Shown here piece after piece: positions 8,745-18,446 of a stretch of DNA of 60,307 nucleotides (position 1 is its first letter; each line of letters opens with the position of its first letter). This DNA is from a virus (lineage: Duplodnaviria > Caudoviricetes). The translations under genes and the position numbers were made by a program. The notes under the pieces are model-generated. The model made no database searches. It worked only from the letters and a program-made list of their open reading frames with translations, and was not told the DNA's origin. Where the stretch lies: positions 1 to 60,307 of the IMG/VR virus record IMGVR_UViG_3300020373_000003; one strand, 5' to 3'.

Positions 8745-10478
8745 ATGCTTACTATCAAGGAAATTACCATCAAGAATTTCATGAGTGTTGGTAATGTGAC
8801 ACAAGGAGTTCTTTTAAACGACACCGGTTTAACTTTGGTTCTTGGAAACAATTTAGATTTAGGAGGTGACGGATCCCGCAATGGTACAGGAAAAACAACT
8901 CTTGTAAATGCGTTATCTTATGGTTTATTTGGCCTACCACTGACTAATATTAAACGTGATAATTTAATTAATAAAACAAACGGCAAGCATATGCTTGTTA
9001 CAATCGAATTTTCATGTAATCGTACTAATTATAGAATTGAACGAGGACGTAAACCAGGTATACTAAAATTTTATGTAAATGATGCTGAACAAATTGATGC
9101 AACAGATGAAGGACAAGGTGAAAGCAAATTAACCCAAAGACAAATAGATAAGATTTTAGGTATGACACATAATATGTTTAAACATGTTATGGCACTTAAT
9201 ACATACACAGAACCATTTCTTGCTATGCGTCAAAATGATCAGCGTAACCTAATAGAAGAATTGTTAGGTATTACTATGCTATCAGAAAAAGCAACAATAT
9301 TAAAAGAATTAGTTCGAGAAACAAAAGAAAATCACAAAGAAGAAGAATATAGAATAGGTGGTATACAACAAGCAAATGAACAAATAGAAAGCTCAATAAA
9401 AGACTTGCAACGGCGTAGTGATTTATGGGATAAAAAATATAACGAAAGCATAGAAGAATTAAAGACTAAGTTGCTAGAATTAGCCAACGTAGACATAGAA
9501 ACAGAATTACAAGCTCATAAAGACCTTGAAGTATATAGTGAGCTTCAAAGAAAAACGTCGCAACTAGACGCGAATACTGCACAATTAGACACCAAAATTT
9601 CCAAGTTAAACCAGGATCTATCAAGTATAAAAGATGATAATTGTTATGTATGCGGAAAACCATTAGATGATGATTTACATAAAAAATTATTAAAAACAAA
9701 AGAAGATAAATTAAAAACTTATACAGAAGAAATTTCAGAATATAAAAAAGAAAGAGAAGAGTTAGGAGAACTAGGAAAACAACCTATAACTCATTATGAC
9801 AGAATAAGTGATGCGTATAATCATAAAACAACATTAGATACATTATCAAATCAATTAGAAAATAAATTAATAGAAACAAATCAATATGTAGATCAAATTG
9901 AAACATTAAAAAATAAAGGACTACAAGAAATAAATTGGCATAAAATTAACGACTTAAATAGTTTAAAAGAACACCAAGAATTTTTATTAAAGCTTCTGAC
10001 AAACAAGGATTCTTTCATAAGAAAGAAGATTATAGACCAAAACTTAGCATATTTAAATACAAGACTTAAATACTACTTACAAAAACTAGGATTACCACAT
10101 TATGTTAGGTTTCTAAACGATATGAGTGTAGAAATTACAGAACATGGTAGGGATTTAGATTTTGATAACTTGTCAAGAGGAGAGCGAAACAGACTTATAT
10201 TAGGTTTAAGTTTCTCATTTAGAGATATATTTGAATCTATGAACACACCTATAAATTTGTTATTCATTGATGAATTAATTGATTCAGGTATGGATACAAC
10301 CGGCGTCGAGTCTGCTTTGGCTGAGCTTAAAAGAATCACACGAGAAAGAAACAAAAATGTTTTTTTAATATCACATAAGGACGAACTCGTAGGGCGAGTA
10401 AACGACATACTAAACGTAATTAAAGAGGATGGATTTACATCATTTAGTTGTGATAAGGAGATATTAGAACATGTCTAA
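8745..10478 (+). CDS. gp46: Recombination ATPase, Rad50/SbcC-like
   Basis: Walker A NGTGKTT, coiled coil with CYVC zinc hook, signature LSRGE, Walker B LFIDE, ISH. Confidence 0.93.
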   Translation: MLTIKEITIKNFMSVGNVTQGVLLNDTGLTLVLGNNLDLGGDGSRNGTGKTTLVNALSYGLFGLPLTNIKRDNLINKTNGKHMLVTIEFSCNRTNYRIERGRKPGILKFYVNDAEQIDATDEGQGESKLTQRQIDKILGMTHNMFKHVMALNTYTEPFLAMRQNDQRNLIEELLGITMLSEKATILKELVRETKENHKEEEYRIGGIQQANEQIESSIKDLQRRSDLWDKKYNESIEELKTKLLELANVDIETELQAHKDLEVYSELQRKTSQLDANTAQLDTKISKLNQDLSSIKDDNCYVCGKPLDDDLHKKLLKTKEDKLKTYTEEISEYKKEREELGELGKQPITHYDRISDAYNHKTTLDTLSNQLENKLIETNQYVDQIETLKNKGLQEINWHKINDLNSLKEHQEFLLKLLTNKDSFIRKKIIDQNLAYLNTRLKYYLQKLGLPHYVRFLNDMSVEITEHGRDLDFDNLSRGERNRLILGLSFSFRDIFESMNTPINLLFIDELIDSGMDTTGVESALAELKRITRERNKNVFLISHKDELVGRVNDILNVIKEDGFTSFSCDKEILEHV

Positions 10479-10671
10479 TACACCATGGGTAGATAAAAAA
10501 TCTATATTAGAAATAACCCAGCAATCTAGAGGAGGAGCAGGATTGGCACCGCTAGATATGGGGTTTTTATATTTTTTTAAGAATGGTGAAACAAGGCATT
10601 GTCTAGATGATTCGGAGGCGCACGATTTTTATGCAAAAAACAAAGACAGACTTAACACAGAAAAAGAATAA
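10471..10671 (+). CDS. Hypothetical protein
   Basis: 66-aa ORF overlapping the gp46 stop, with GGAG upstream. Confidence 0.5.
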   Translation: MSNTPWVDKKSILEITQQSRGGAGLAPLDMGFLYFFKNGETRHCLDDSEAHDFYAKNKDRLNTEKE

Positions 10672-11380
10672 ATTTTTTATAGCGACACCATTTGGCAATT
10701 ATATTAAACACGAAAATGCAATTAGAGTAAAAGGCACATATACAATATTACCTAGACCAGGATTAATTAAACAACTAATTAAAACTCTTAGATATGATTT
10801 TAATAAAAAAGGTTGGAAAAACGAATTAGGACTCTGTAATCCAGGGATTAGATACGGACTTAATAAATACAGAAACAACGGCAAAGAAGTTATAAGCATT
10901 GCCGCAATACTACCAATTGATTGGGTAGACTTTGCAAAAAAAATACCTGATCATGTAAACTTAGAATTAAATTTAAGTTGTCCAAATATCGATAAAGTAG
11001 AAATAGATTATAAAGCCCTTACTAAGTTTTATAATGCATTTTGGGATAATAAACGAGAATGGTGTATAGCCAAAATATCGCCCCTATCTACAAAGGACGA
11101 AATCAAACGATTATTAGACATTGGGTTTGGTCAGATCCACTGCTCCAACACCCTCCCTATTACTGGCGGAGGATTGAGCGGAAAGGAATTGATAAGTTAT
11201 ACGATCAAACACATAGATTACATAAAGACACAGTTTCCCTCAGTGAAGATTATCGCAGGAGGAGGAATTAATCATATTGATATTGTAAATTATTATAAAA
11301 GTAAAGGTGCAGATTATTTCAGTTTAGGAACTGTATGTTTTACACCTTGGAAATTACTAAAAATACTTAATGCCAAGTAA
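10631..11380 (+). CDS. pyrD: Dihydroorotate dehydrogenase-like FMN enzyme
   Basis: NELGLCNPG, ELNLSCPN (catalytic Cys), AKISP, SNT, GGLSG and IIAGGGI motifs of class 1 DHODH. Start codon uncertain (10607 or 10631). Confidence 0.75.
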   Translation: MQKTKTDLTQKKNKFFIATPFGNYIKHENAIRVKGTYTILPRPGLIKQLIKTLRYDFNKKGWKNELGLCNPGIRYGLNKYRNNGKEVISIAAILPIDWVDFAKKIPDHVNLELNLSCPNIDKVEIDYKALTKFYNAFWDNKREWCIAKISPLSTKDEIKRLLDIGFGQIHCSNTLPITGGGLSGKELISYTIKHIDYIKTQFPSVKIIAGGGINHIDIVNYYKSKGADYFSLGTVCFTPWKLLKILNAK

Positions 11381-11885
11381 AAGTAAAACAAAAGGCAGTT
11401 CATTTGAAAGAGAAATAGCAAAAGAACTATCGGATTTATATAATGAGAGCTTTATAAGGACTCCATCGTCGGGTGCTTATGTTGGCGGCTCTAATGTCGT
11501 AAGAAAAGATTTTTTATCCGAGGGTCAAATACAATCCTTCAGAGGAGACATAATACCACCCGACGACTGGAAATATTTTAACGTTGAATGCAAATCATAT
11601 GCTGATTTCCCTTTTCACCAATTTTTATGTCAAGGTGATATTAGGTTATTAGATGAATGGATAGAACAAATACTAGAAGTAGCAGAAGAAAAAGATTTAA
11701 ACTTATTAATACTAAAATTTAACCGCAAAGGCAAATACATAGGCTTCCAAGAACACTTACTTAATTCTTCATTCTACACATATAGACACATAAACTACAA
11801 AGGCTGGATTTTTACAGGCTACAAAGACTTTATGGAACAAAACAATGGCTCAATTAAATACCTCTCAGTTGAAGGGGTACTATAG
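11370..11885 (+). CDS. Holliday junction resolvase (Hjc-like PD-(D/E)XK nuclease)
   Basis: KGSSFERE...SGA...GDI...VECK motif. Confidence 0.8.
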   Translation: MPSKSKTKGSSFEREIAKELSDLYNESFIRTPSSGAYVGGSNVVRKDFLSEGQIQSFRGDIIPPDDWKYFNVECKSYADFPFHQFLCQGDIRLLDEWIEQILEVAEEKDLNLLILKFNRKGKYIGFQEHLLNSSFYTYRHINYKGWIFTGYKDFMEQNNGSIKYLSVEGVL

Positions 11886-11886
11886 C

Positions 11887-12243
11887 CTCAATTGTCGTAA
11901 GACCGGTTGAGAACGAGTACGCTCGTTTAGATCTCCGTTGGCAAAAACTGTAAAAAAAACGAGCAGGCTCTCCTGACAATTTGGAACCTGCAAGGTATAT
12001 AAGGTAGATCTAATTGCTTTATATAAACCTGCGTTGGATAAGCAGAACATAAAAAGGTACCGCCCAACCGCCTTAACCTATATGGTTGTTCTATTAGAAT
12101 GTGCTATGTCCGAAGGAAATAGTTAACTTAGCCGTAAACAGGCTAAGTGTGACTTGACTCTCAGGAAATAGTTAAATAGTAATAATAGAAGTTCGATATG
12201 AATTACGAAGTAATGAAATATCGTGATGAGCTTTAGCTCATCA
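11887..12243 (+). ncRNA. Candidate structured non-coding RNA or cis-element
   Basis: ORF-free ~370 nt with at least 8 hand-identified stems, including GTAA (GNRA) and TACG (UNCG) tetraloop hairpins. Confidence 0.5.
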
Positions 12244-12257
12244 TTAAAGGAAGGTAA

Positions 12258-12779
12258 ATGAAATTAACTGATGTTGACTATCCTCAAATATACTGCGACA
12301 TGGATGGAGTTTTAGTAGATTTAATTAAAGGGGCAACTAAAATATTAGGTTATGATTTTGCTAAACGTTACGGATACGTTTCAGGAAAACATGAACTATG
12401 GGATCAATTAGCAGAAGATAAAATGTTTTGGGCTGAATTGCCTCCTATGCCTGATAAAAATCAATTATGGAATTTTATATCAACTTTCCAACCTTACATA
12501 TTAACCGCTATTCCTGCTGTTAGGTTAATATGGGATCCTCCAGCAGGAATACAAAAAGCAATGTGGTGTGAAAGAAACTTAGGTATTAGTAAAGATAGAG
12601 TATATGCAGTAAAACGGCCTGACAAAAAACATTTTGCTAAATCTCACGATGGGCGGCCTAATATATTAATTGATGATCATCCGCAAAATATTAATGAATG
12701 GAATAAAGCAGGTGGTAAAGGAATACATCATACTTCAGCAAGTAATAGTATTAAACAATTAGAAACTTTCGGTTTTTAA
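12258..12779 (+). CDS. HAD-family 5'(3')-deoxyribonucleotidase (NT5C-like)
   Basis: YCDMDGVL, ILTA, QK and ILIDD...NINEW motifs. Confidence 0.85.
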   Translation: MKLTDVDYPQIYCDMDGVLVDLIKGATKILGYDFAKRYGYVSGKHELWDQLAEDKMFWAELPPMPDKNQLWNFISTFQPYILTAIPAVRLIWDPPAGIQKAMWCERNLGISKDRVYAVKRPDKKHFAKSHDGRPNILIDDHPQNINEWNKAGGKGIHHTSASNSIKQLETFGF

Positions 12780-12973
12780 AGCATTTCGGTTTTCTTCTTT
12801 CCTGATTTAGCATCTAACTTTTCTTTAATAATCTCAAAAAATAATTCTCGTTCTGTTTGAGTTAAATTCCAAGCATCATTATACGAAATAACTTCTGAAT
12901 ATACTACCAATTCAATTATATGTTTCTGAAAGGCCCTTACATCCTCTTTCATGTTCTTAAAAAGCTCCGGCAT
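12776..12973 (-). CDS. Small tail/baseplate assembly chaperone segment (gp51/gpT-like), probably also made as a frameshift fusion
   Basis: ISYNDAWNLTQTERELF motif; open in the -1 frame back to the T7 run of the upstream gene. Confidence 0.6.
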   Translation of the reverse strand: MPELFKNMKEDVRAFQKHIIELVVYSEVISYNDAWNLTQTERELFFEIIKEKLDAKSGKKKTEML

Positions 12974-12999
12974 TTCCTCCGGAGACGTTTGTAAGAGCC

Positions 13000-14061
13000 T
13001 TAGCCGAAAAAAACTGTTGGATCAAAAATAACAGGAATCGAATTTACTTTGGCACAATCTTTACAACTAAAATCAACACTACTTTTAAAACCAGCTTCTG
13101 TTACCTTTAGAACTTCTGATGATATTTTTTCAAATGTGTTTTTACCAACATCATGTAACCATTCAGCAATCAATTGTTTATCCTCAATACTTTCTTGAGG
13201 AGTGTCTATTTTTATAATTGATCGCAATATTAATTCATATGTTATTTCTGTTATCTTCCTTAACGATTTACCTAGCTCAACTTGTTTGTCAGCATCTGTT
13301 GTTTCAGTATCAACTAAAATATTATTAGTAATTGCTTGCTGTTCAAAAGTAGCCAAAGCAGATTGAATTTGACAACGAAGATCATATGGTTTAACATATA
13401 CAGTTAATTCATCTATACTTGCTTTATATTCTCTTTCAAGAAAAGTAATTTGGGTATCTAATAAAAATTCAATGTCTACACTAAATTCTGTTGCAGTAGC
13501 ACAATCAGGACATCCTCCGGTATAAGGGAAGTCTTTACCATATGTTGCTAATCTTATTGCTAACATCAATACACTAAAATCAGGTCCAGGTATTTCGTTA
13601 GGATCTTCAATGCCTGGTACACATGATTTAACTACTTCGATTAAAGATTCACCATTCATTAAAATATCAGGTGATTTAAATAATAATTCATCTTTAGCAG
13701 TCATAGGTCGTACAAGTACTTCATCTAAACTTGATAATAACGGTTTCTTTGTATAAAAATTACCTTTACTTGGTAATACAACATAAACACCCGGAGGTCT
13801 ATGATATTGCATTAATGGATTAGAAGAAGTAGTTTCTAATACTGTATGCCGTATATTATGTTTTTTAGTTTCAACAGGTTGTTCTTCTTTTTTAGCCTGT
13901 TTAGGAATAGTTGAAAAATTATCTAATGCTTGATTTGCTATTTTTATAACAGGGTCTGCTTCTGGATTGTCTTTGTGTTTTTCTATAAATTGTTCTACTT
14001 GTTTTTTTGATTCGTTAATGTCATAAAATTCGTTTAATATAACATTTGCATCTTCTGGCAT
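13000..14061 (-). CDS. gp26: Baseplate hub assembly chaperone (gp26-like)
   Basis: NPL...LPSKG.FY, PMTAKDE, AIRLATYG, two CxxC pairs (CPDC, CKDC), ending in FFG. Confidence 0.75.
   Translation of the reverse strand: MPEDANVILNEFYDINESKKQVEQFIEKHKDNPEADPVIKIANQALDNFSTIPKQAKKEEQPVETKKHNIRHTVLETTSSNPLMQYHRPPGVYVVLPSKGNFYTKKPLLSSLDEVLVRPMTAKDELLFKSPDILMNGESLIEVVKSCVPGIEDPNEIPGPDFSVLMLAIRLATYGKDFPYTGGCPDCATATEFSVDIEFLLDTQITFLEREYKASIDELTVYVKPYDLRCQIQSALATFEQQAITNNILVDTETTDADKQVELGKSLRKITEITYELILRSIIKIDTPQESIEDKQLIAEWLHDVGKNTFEKISSEVLKVTEAGFKSSVDFSCKDCAKVNSIPVIFDPTVFFG
13006..13014 (-). other. Candidate -1 ribosomal frameshift slippery site (GTT TTT TTC)
   Basis: T-TTT-TTC heptamer just before the stop; the -1 frame continues into the 12776..12973 ORF; downstream CTCCGG/CCGGAG hairpin. 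Confidence 0.6.
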
Positions 14062-14071
14062 TTTCCTCCTT

Positions 14072-14097
14072 AATAAATATATATAACTCTATTTATA
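14072..14097. promoter_or_regulatory. Pair of oppositely oriented T4-type late promoters
   Basis: AATAAATA on + strand (14072) and TATAAATA on - strand (14090-14097) in the 46-nt gap between divergent gp26 and tape measure genes. Confidence 0.6.
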
Positions 14098-14107
14098 GGT
14101 AAAATTT

Positions 14108-16657
14108 ATGGCCTCAATTTCAATTCCAGGTATAGGATCCGTTGAAGTTCCTGAATTTGCAACAGATTATACATTAAATCAAATATTATCTGTTCTTTCT
14201 AGTCAAGAATCTGAACGATTAAATGCATTAAGTGACATAGAAGGAGGCATAAGTCGAGAAGCAGGAATTTTACGAGCAAGTTTAGCAGAACAACGAGACA
14301 CAAGTTCAGATACCGGAGCATTAAAGAGAGCTCAACAAGCCGCAAATAAAACTAGTCTTCAAACGTTGCAACATATGAAAAAGCAACATAGAGATTTAGA
14401 AAAAGGGTTTGCAAAGTCTACTAGACTTTTACCTGTTCAAACATCACAAATTTTAAGAAGTGCGGCCTCTATGGTAGGAGGTAAAGGCATTAGTGATGTA
14501 TTAAGTATGATGCCTGGTAATTGGGGACAAGGTATAGCATTAGCAACAAAAGTTGTAGGAGAATTTGCAGATTCTCAACGTAGATTAACAGATGTTGGAT
14601 TTGGTTTAGGTACTTCAATTCTTAAAACAACAAAAGCAGTAGCAGGTTTTAATGTGCCATTAAGTGAAATAGAACGAATTTCAGGAACACATGCAGTAAC
14701 ATTGGATTATTTAAATGATGCTACAGGTCTTGCAATACAAGGCATGGAAAATTTTGAGAAGGATGGAGTTAAGCAAGGTATTGTAGCATTTGCCCAATTG
14801 TCTCATAGTGTTAGAAAAAGTATGGAGGCGTTTGGTAATTATGGATTTACTGTAACAGAAGTTGATTCGTACCTAGCTGAATATTTAGAATCTGATAGAA
14901 AACGAGGAATAAATGCAGACGTTTCAGTAAACAATTTAACAAGGAATTTTGAATCTTTAGCGATGGAAGTATCTGCGTATGCCGCCGATACAGGTAGAAA
15001 TCGTAAAGATTTAATGAAAGCCCAATTAGAAAATAAAAATAGAACCGATTCAGCTACATATTCTATGATGCTTAGAATGAAAGGTGAAGATGCCGCCGCA
15101 GAAACATTTGAAAAGAATTTAGAATTAATTACAAATGAAATGAAATCTCGATACGGAGATAATGCAGATGCAATGATTGATGCGTGGATACAAGCCCAAA
15201 CACAAGGCAGAGGATTAGAAGCAACTGCTGAAGGTGCAGAGTTTATGGCCATGTTAGGTCCAGCAGGTGCTGTTTTAGATCAAATGGCAAGATCAGGTGA
15301 AGCAATTGATCCTGCAACATTTAAACTATTTGATGATAAATTAAAAGAATCTGTAGATGCATATGATACCCAAAATTTTGCACTATTAGCAAAACAAAAA
15401 GAATCATTAAATATAGCCGCTAATATGATTATGTATAGTAGAGATACTTCAAAAGAATCTCGAGCTCAATGGTCGGCAGATATAGTACAAAAGGTAGCAC
15501 AACATAAAGCAGGGGAAACAATATTAAAAGCAAATGAAGCAATGGTTGAAATAACAACCAATCTTCAAGCAGGATTAGTAAGTGTAACAGATGCTTTAGT
15601 AGGAAATGAAGGAGCACTTTCAGGACAATTACAAAAAGCAATTACATCGGTAGGTCAATTTTCAGATGCTGTTGGCTTATTTGCTAAAGGCGAAACATTA
15701 CAAGCGGCACAACAAGTTGGACAAATGATTGCAGATAATCCTTGGCAATTTTTGTTAGGAACTATGGGTTCATCAATGGGATTATTAGGTGCTCTCGGCG
15801 TTGGTGGTGCAAAAGCAATTCCTGGAGGAATGTTGTCCGGAGCAGGACAAGGAAGACTTGCCACAGAGTTAGCGGCCCAGAATGTAGCAGGTGGTTCAGT
15901 ACAAGGCGGCAATTGGGTTGATAAAGCAGGGGGAAAAACTGCTATAAAAGATGGAAAATTTAATTTAAATGGTGTTGAATATGAAATGAAAAATGGTAAG
16001 CCTACACCAACTGCTAAAGGTATAAAATCAATTAGAGGTGGTGGCAAGCCAGGAGCCGGAACTGTTGGAGGATTATTTACATTAGCAATGGCCGCTTATG
16101 GAGGATATCAAGAGTATAGTGCTGAAAAAGAAGGATTTGCTTCTAGAACTGAAGGTATGGATACAAAGAGTGCAAAATATAAAGAATTAGAGGCAAAATC
16201 TGAGGAAAGAATACAACAAATTGTTAAAAATACTTTAGCAAAAGGTGGAGGAGGTGCCCTTGGTGGTGCGGCAATGGGTACTTTAATGGGAATGTTTACA
16301 GCAAACCCAATACTAATGGGAATTGCAGGAATGACAGGAGCCTATGTAGGATGGGAACTTGGTGATGAAATGACTAAGGTTGACCAAAGTCAATATTCAA
16401 GTTACGTGGGCGACATGTCAAAACGAACAAAAGCAGAAACATCTATGTCTTCTGAGGAAATAAAAACTAGATATCAACGTGATGCAAAAATGCAACAGGC
16501 CCAAACTGATCCTACTTATTTAAAATTAGAAGCAATAAGAAAATTATTAGAAGATATGGGCGGTGATGTATCAGTAACAGCGGGAGCAACATCATCAACT
16601 GCTATAGATACAAAAAAGAATAATCAAAACACCCCGAGTGGAGTTCACCCCCCATAA
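14108..16657 (+). CDS. Tail tape measure protein
   Basis: 849 aa, helical Ala/Gln-rich, with Gly-rich hydrophobic segments near the C-terminus; adjacent to the chaperone gene. Confidence 0.65.
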   Translation: MASISIPGIGSVEVPEFATDYTLNQILSVLSSQESERLNALSDIEGGISREAGILRASLAEQRDTSSDTGALKRAQQAANKTSLQTLQHMKKQHRDLEKGFAKSTRLLPVQTSQILRSAASMVGGKGISDVLSMMPGNWGQGIALATKVVGEFADSQRRLTDVGFGLGTSILKTTKAVAGFNVPLSEIERISGTHAVTLDYLNDATGLAIQGMENFEKDGVKQGIVAFAQLSHSVRKSMEAFGNYGFTVTEVDSYLAEYLESDRKRGINADVSVNNLTRNFESLAMEVSAYAADTGRNRKDLMKAQLENKNRTDSATYSMMLRMKGEDAAAETFEKNLELITNEMKSRYGDNADAMIDAWIQAQTQGRGLEATAEGAEFMAMLGPAGAVLDQMARSGEAIDPATFKLFDDKLKESVDAYDTQNFALLAKQKESLNIAANMIMYSRDTSKESRAQWSADIVQKVAQHKAGETILKANEAMVEITTNLQAGLVSVTDALVGNEGALSGQLQKAITSVGQFSDAVGLFAKGETLQAAQQVGQMIADNPWQFLLGTMGSSMGLLGALGVGGAKAIPGGMLSGAGQGRLATELAAQNVAGGSVQGGNWVDKAGGKTAIKDGKFNLNGVEYEMKNGKPTPTAKGIKSIRGGGKPGAGTVGGLFTLAMAAYGGYQEYSAEKEGFASRTEGMDTKSAKYKELEAKSEERIQQIVKNTLAKGGGGALGGAAMGTLMGMFTANPILMGIAGMTGAYVGWELGDEMTKVDQSQYSSYVGDMSKRTKAETSMSSEEIKTRYQRDAKMQQAQTDPTYLKLEAIRKLLEDMGGDVSVTAGATSSTAIDTKKNNQNTPSGVHPP

Positions 16658-16668
16658 TAATTAAATGG

Positions 16669-16704
16669 TTGACAAAACACATATAAGAGCATATAATATA
16701 AATA
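16669..16704 (+). promoter_or_regulatory. Overlapping sigma70 consensus promoter and T4 late promoter upstream of portal
   Basis: TTGACA-17 nt-TATAAT (16669-16697) overlapping TATAAATA (16697-16704). Confidence 0.7.
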
Positions 16705-16721
16705 TTACTATAGGATAATAT

Positions 16722-18446
16722 ATGAGCTGGAAAAAACATTTTACAGTATACCAATTCGGTAATACTAAAAAAGTAGGACAATCACATACAAGTGCAAGTA
16801 AATTTGGTTCTTGGTTACCTGAAGTTTATACAGGACAACCTAATAGAATTGAACGTTATGTTCAGTATGACCAAATGGATATCGATTCCGAGGTTAATGC
16901 GGCCTTGGATACTATTGCAGAATTTTCAACACAATTTGCAGATAAAACAAATATACCTTTTGAAGTTGAATGGAAAGAAGATTCAACTGAAACAGAAGTT
17001 GCATTATTAGAAAAAGCATTAGAACAATGGAATAATTTAAACGATTGGGATAAACGTATTTGGAGAATATTTAGAAATACATGCAAATACGGAGATCAAT
17101 TTTTTATTCGAGACCCAGAAACATACGAATGGAATTGGTGTAATCCAATGGATGTTACAAAAGTTATTATTAATGAAGCAAAAGGTAAAGAACCTGAACA
17201 ATACATTATTCGTAATTTAGCATTAAATTTACAAGAAAAAACAGCATCAAATATTATTCCACATAGTGATCAATTTGCATCAGTTACCGCTATGCAACGA
17301 GGTGGTATTATAGATAGAGGTGCATATGGTACAGGCAGTGGTCATAGTCAAAGTGGCTATGGTGGCGGAGAACAAGAAGAATACGGGGTTGATGCAAATC
17401 ATATAGTACATTTAGGAATGACAGAAGGCATGGATATTAATTGGCCTTTTGGTCAGAGCATTCTTGATCCGGTGTTTAAAACGTACAAACAAAAAGAATT
17501 ATTAGAAGATTCTATCATAATTTATCGAGTACAGCGAGCTCCAGAGCGTAGAGTATTTTACATAGATGTGGGAAACATGCCATCACATAAAGCAATGGGA
17601 TTTGTAGAACGTGTGAAAAATGAAATCCACCAACGTAGAATACCTAATAAGACTGGAGGCGGAACTACGATTATGGATGCTAGTTACAATCCTCTTTCGA
17701 TAATGGAAGATTACTTTTTTGCACAAACGGCAGAAGGAAGAGGATCTAAAGTTGAAGTGTTACCGGGAGGTGAGAACTTAGGACAGATAGATGATTTAAG
17801 GTATTTTACTAATAAAATTTTAAGAGCGTTAAGAGTGCCTAGCTCTTACCTCCCTACTGGTCCAGATGATGGAACCTCAAGTTATGTAGACGGACGAGTA
17901 GGAACTGCATTTATTCAAGAGTATAGATTTACAAAATATTGTCAACGTATACAAGCATTATTAGGACCTACATTTGATAAAGAATTTAAACTCTTTTTAA
18001 AGTGGAAAGGTATTAATATTGATTCAGGTACGTTTGAACTTAGATTTACAGATCCACAGAGCTTTAGTCAATATAGAGAAGTAGAAGTTGACCAAGCAAG
18101 ATCAGCAGTATTCAGTGGACTTGCTGAAGCACCATTTATGTCTAAACGTTTTGCATTAAAAAAATACCTAGGACTTACAGAAGATGAAATTGTAGAAAAT
18201 GAACAAATGTGGAGACAAGAAAATGGTGAACAGGATACACAATTAGATCCTGAAAGTGATATGAGTGGATTAGGAGCAGTAGGTGTTCAACCTATGGATC
18301 CAAATATGATGCAACCTATGGAACCCGAACCTCTGCCAGGAGAAGATCCAATGGCACCAGGTCCCGGAGGAGTAGCAGGTGCAGATGGAGCGGCCTCTCC
18401 AATTACTGGAAATGAACTACCAGGAGCCCCAGGAGCAGTACAATGA
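16722..18446 (+). CDS. gp20: Portal vertex protein
   Basis: LLEDSIIIYRVQRAPERRVFYIDVGNMP, EDYFF, GRGSKVEVLPGG and LRVPSS motifs. Confidence 0.95.
   Translation: MSWKKHFTVYQFGNTKKVGQSHTSASKFGSWLPEVYTGQPNRIERYVQYDQMDIDSEVNAALDTIAEFSTQFADKTNIPFEVEWKEDSTETEVALLEKALEQWNNLNDWDKRIWRIFRNTCKYGDQFFIRDPETYEWNWCNPMDVTKVIINEAKGKEPEQYIIRNLALNLQEKTASNIIPHSDQFASVTAMQRGGIIDRGAYGTGSGHSQSGYGGGEQEEYGVDANHIVHLGMTEGMDINWPFGQSILDPVFKTYKQKELLEDSIIIYRVQRAPERRVFYIDVGNMPSHKAMGFVERVKNEIHQRRIPNKTGGGTTIMDASYNPLSIMEDYFFAQTAEGRGSKVEVLPGGENLGQIDDLRYFTNKILRALRVPSSYLPTGPDDGTSSYVDGRVGTAFIQEYRFTKYCQRIQALLGPTFDKEFKLFLKWKGINIDSGTFELRFTDPQSFSQYREVEVDQARSAVFSGLAEAPFMSKRFALKKYLGLTEDEIVENEQMWRQENGEQDTQLDPESDMSGLGAVGVQPMDPNMMQPMEPEPLPGEDPMAPGPGGVAGADGAASPITGNELPGAPGAVQ

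Noticed and set aside
11886-12257. CRISPR mini-array, tRNA or group I intron in the structured gap
   Set aside because: Only one 12-nt repeat pair, no cloverleaf or T-loop, and both flanking genes look complete rather than split.
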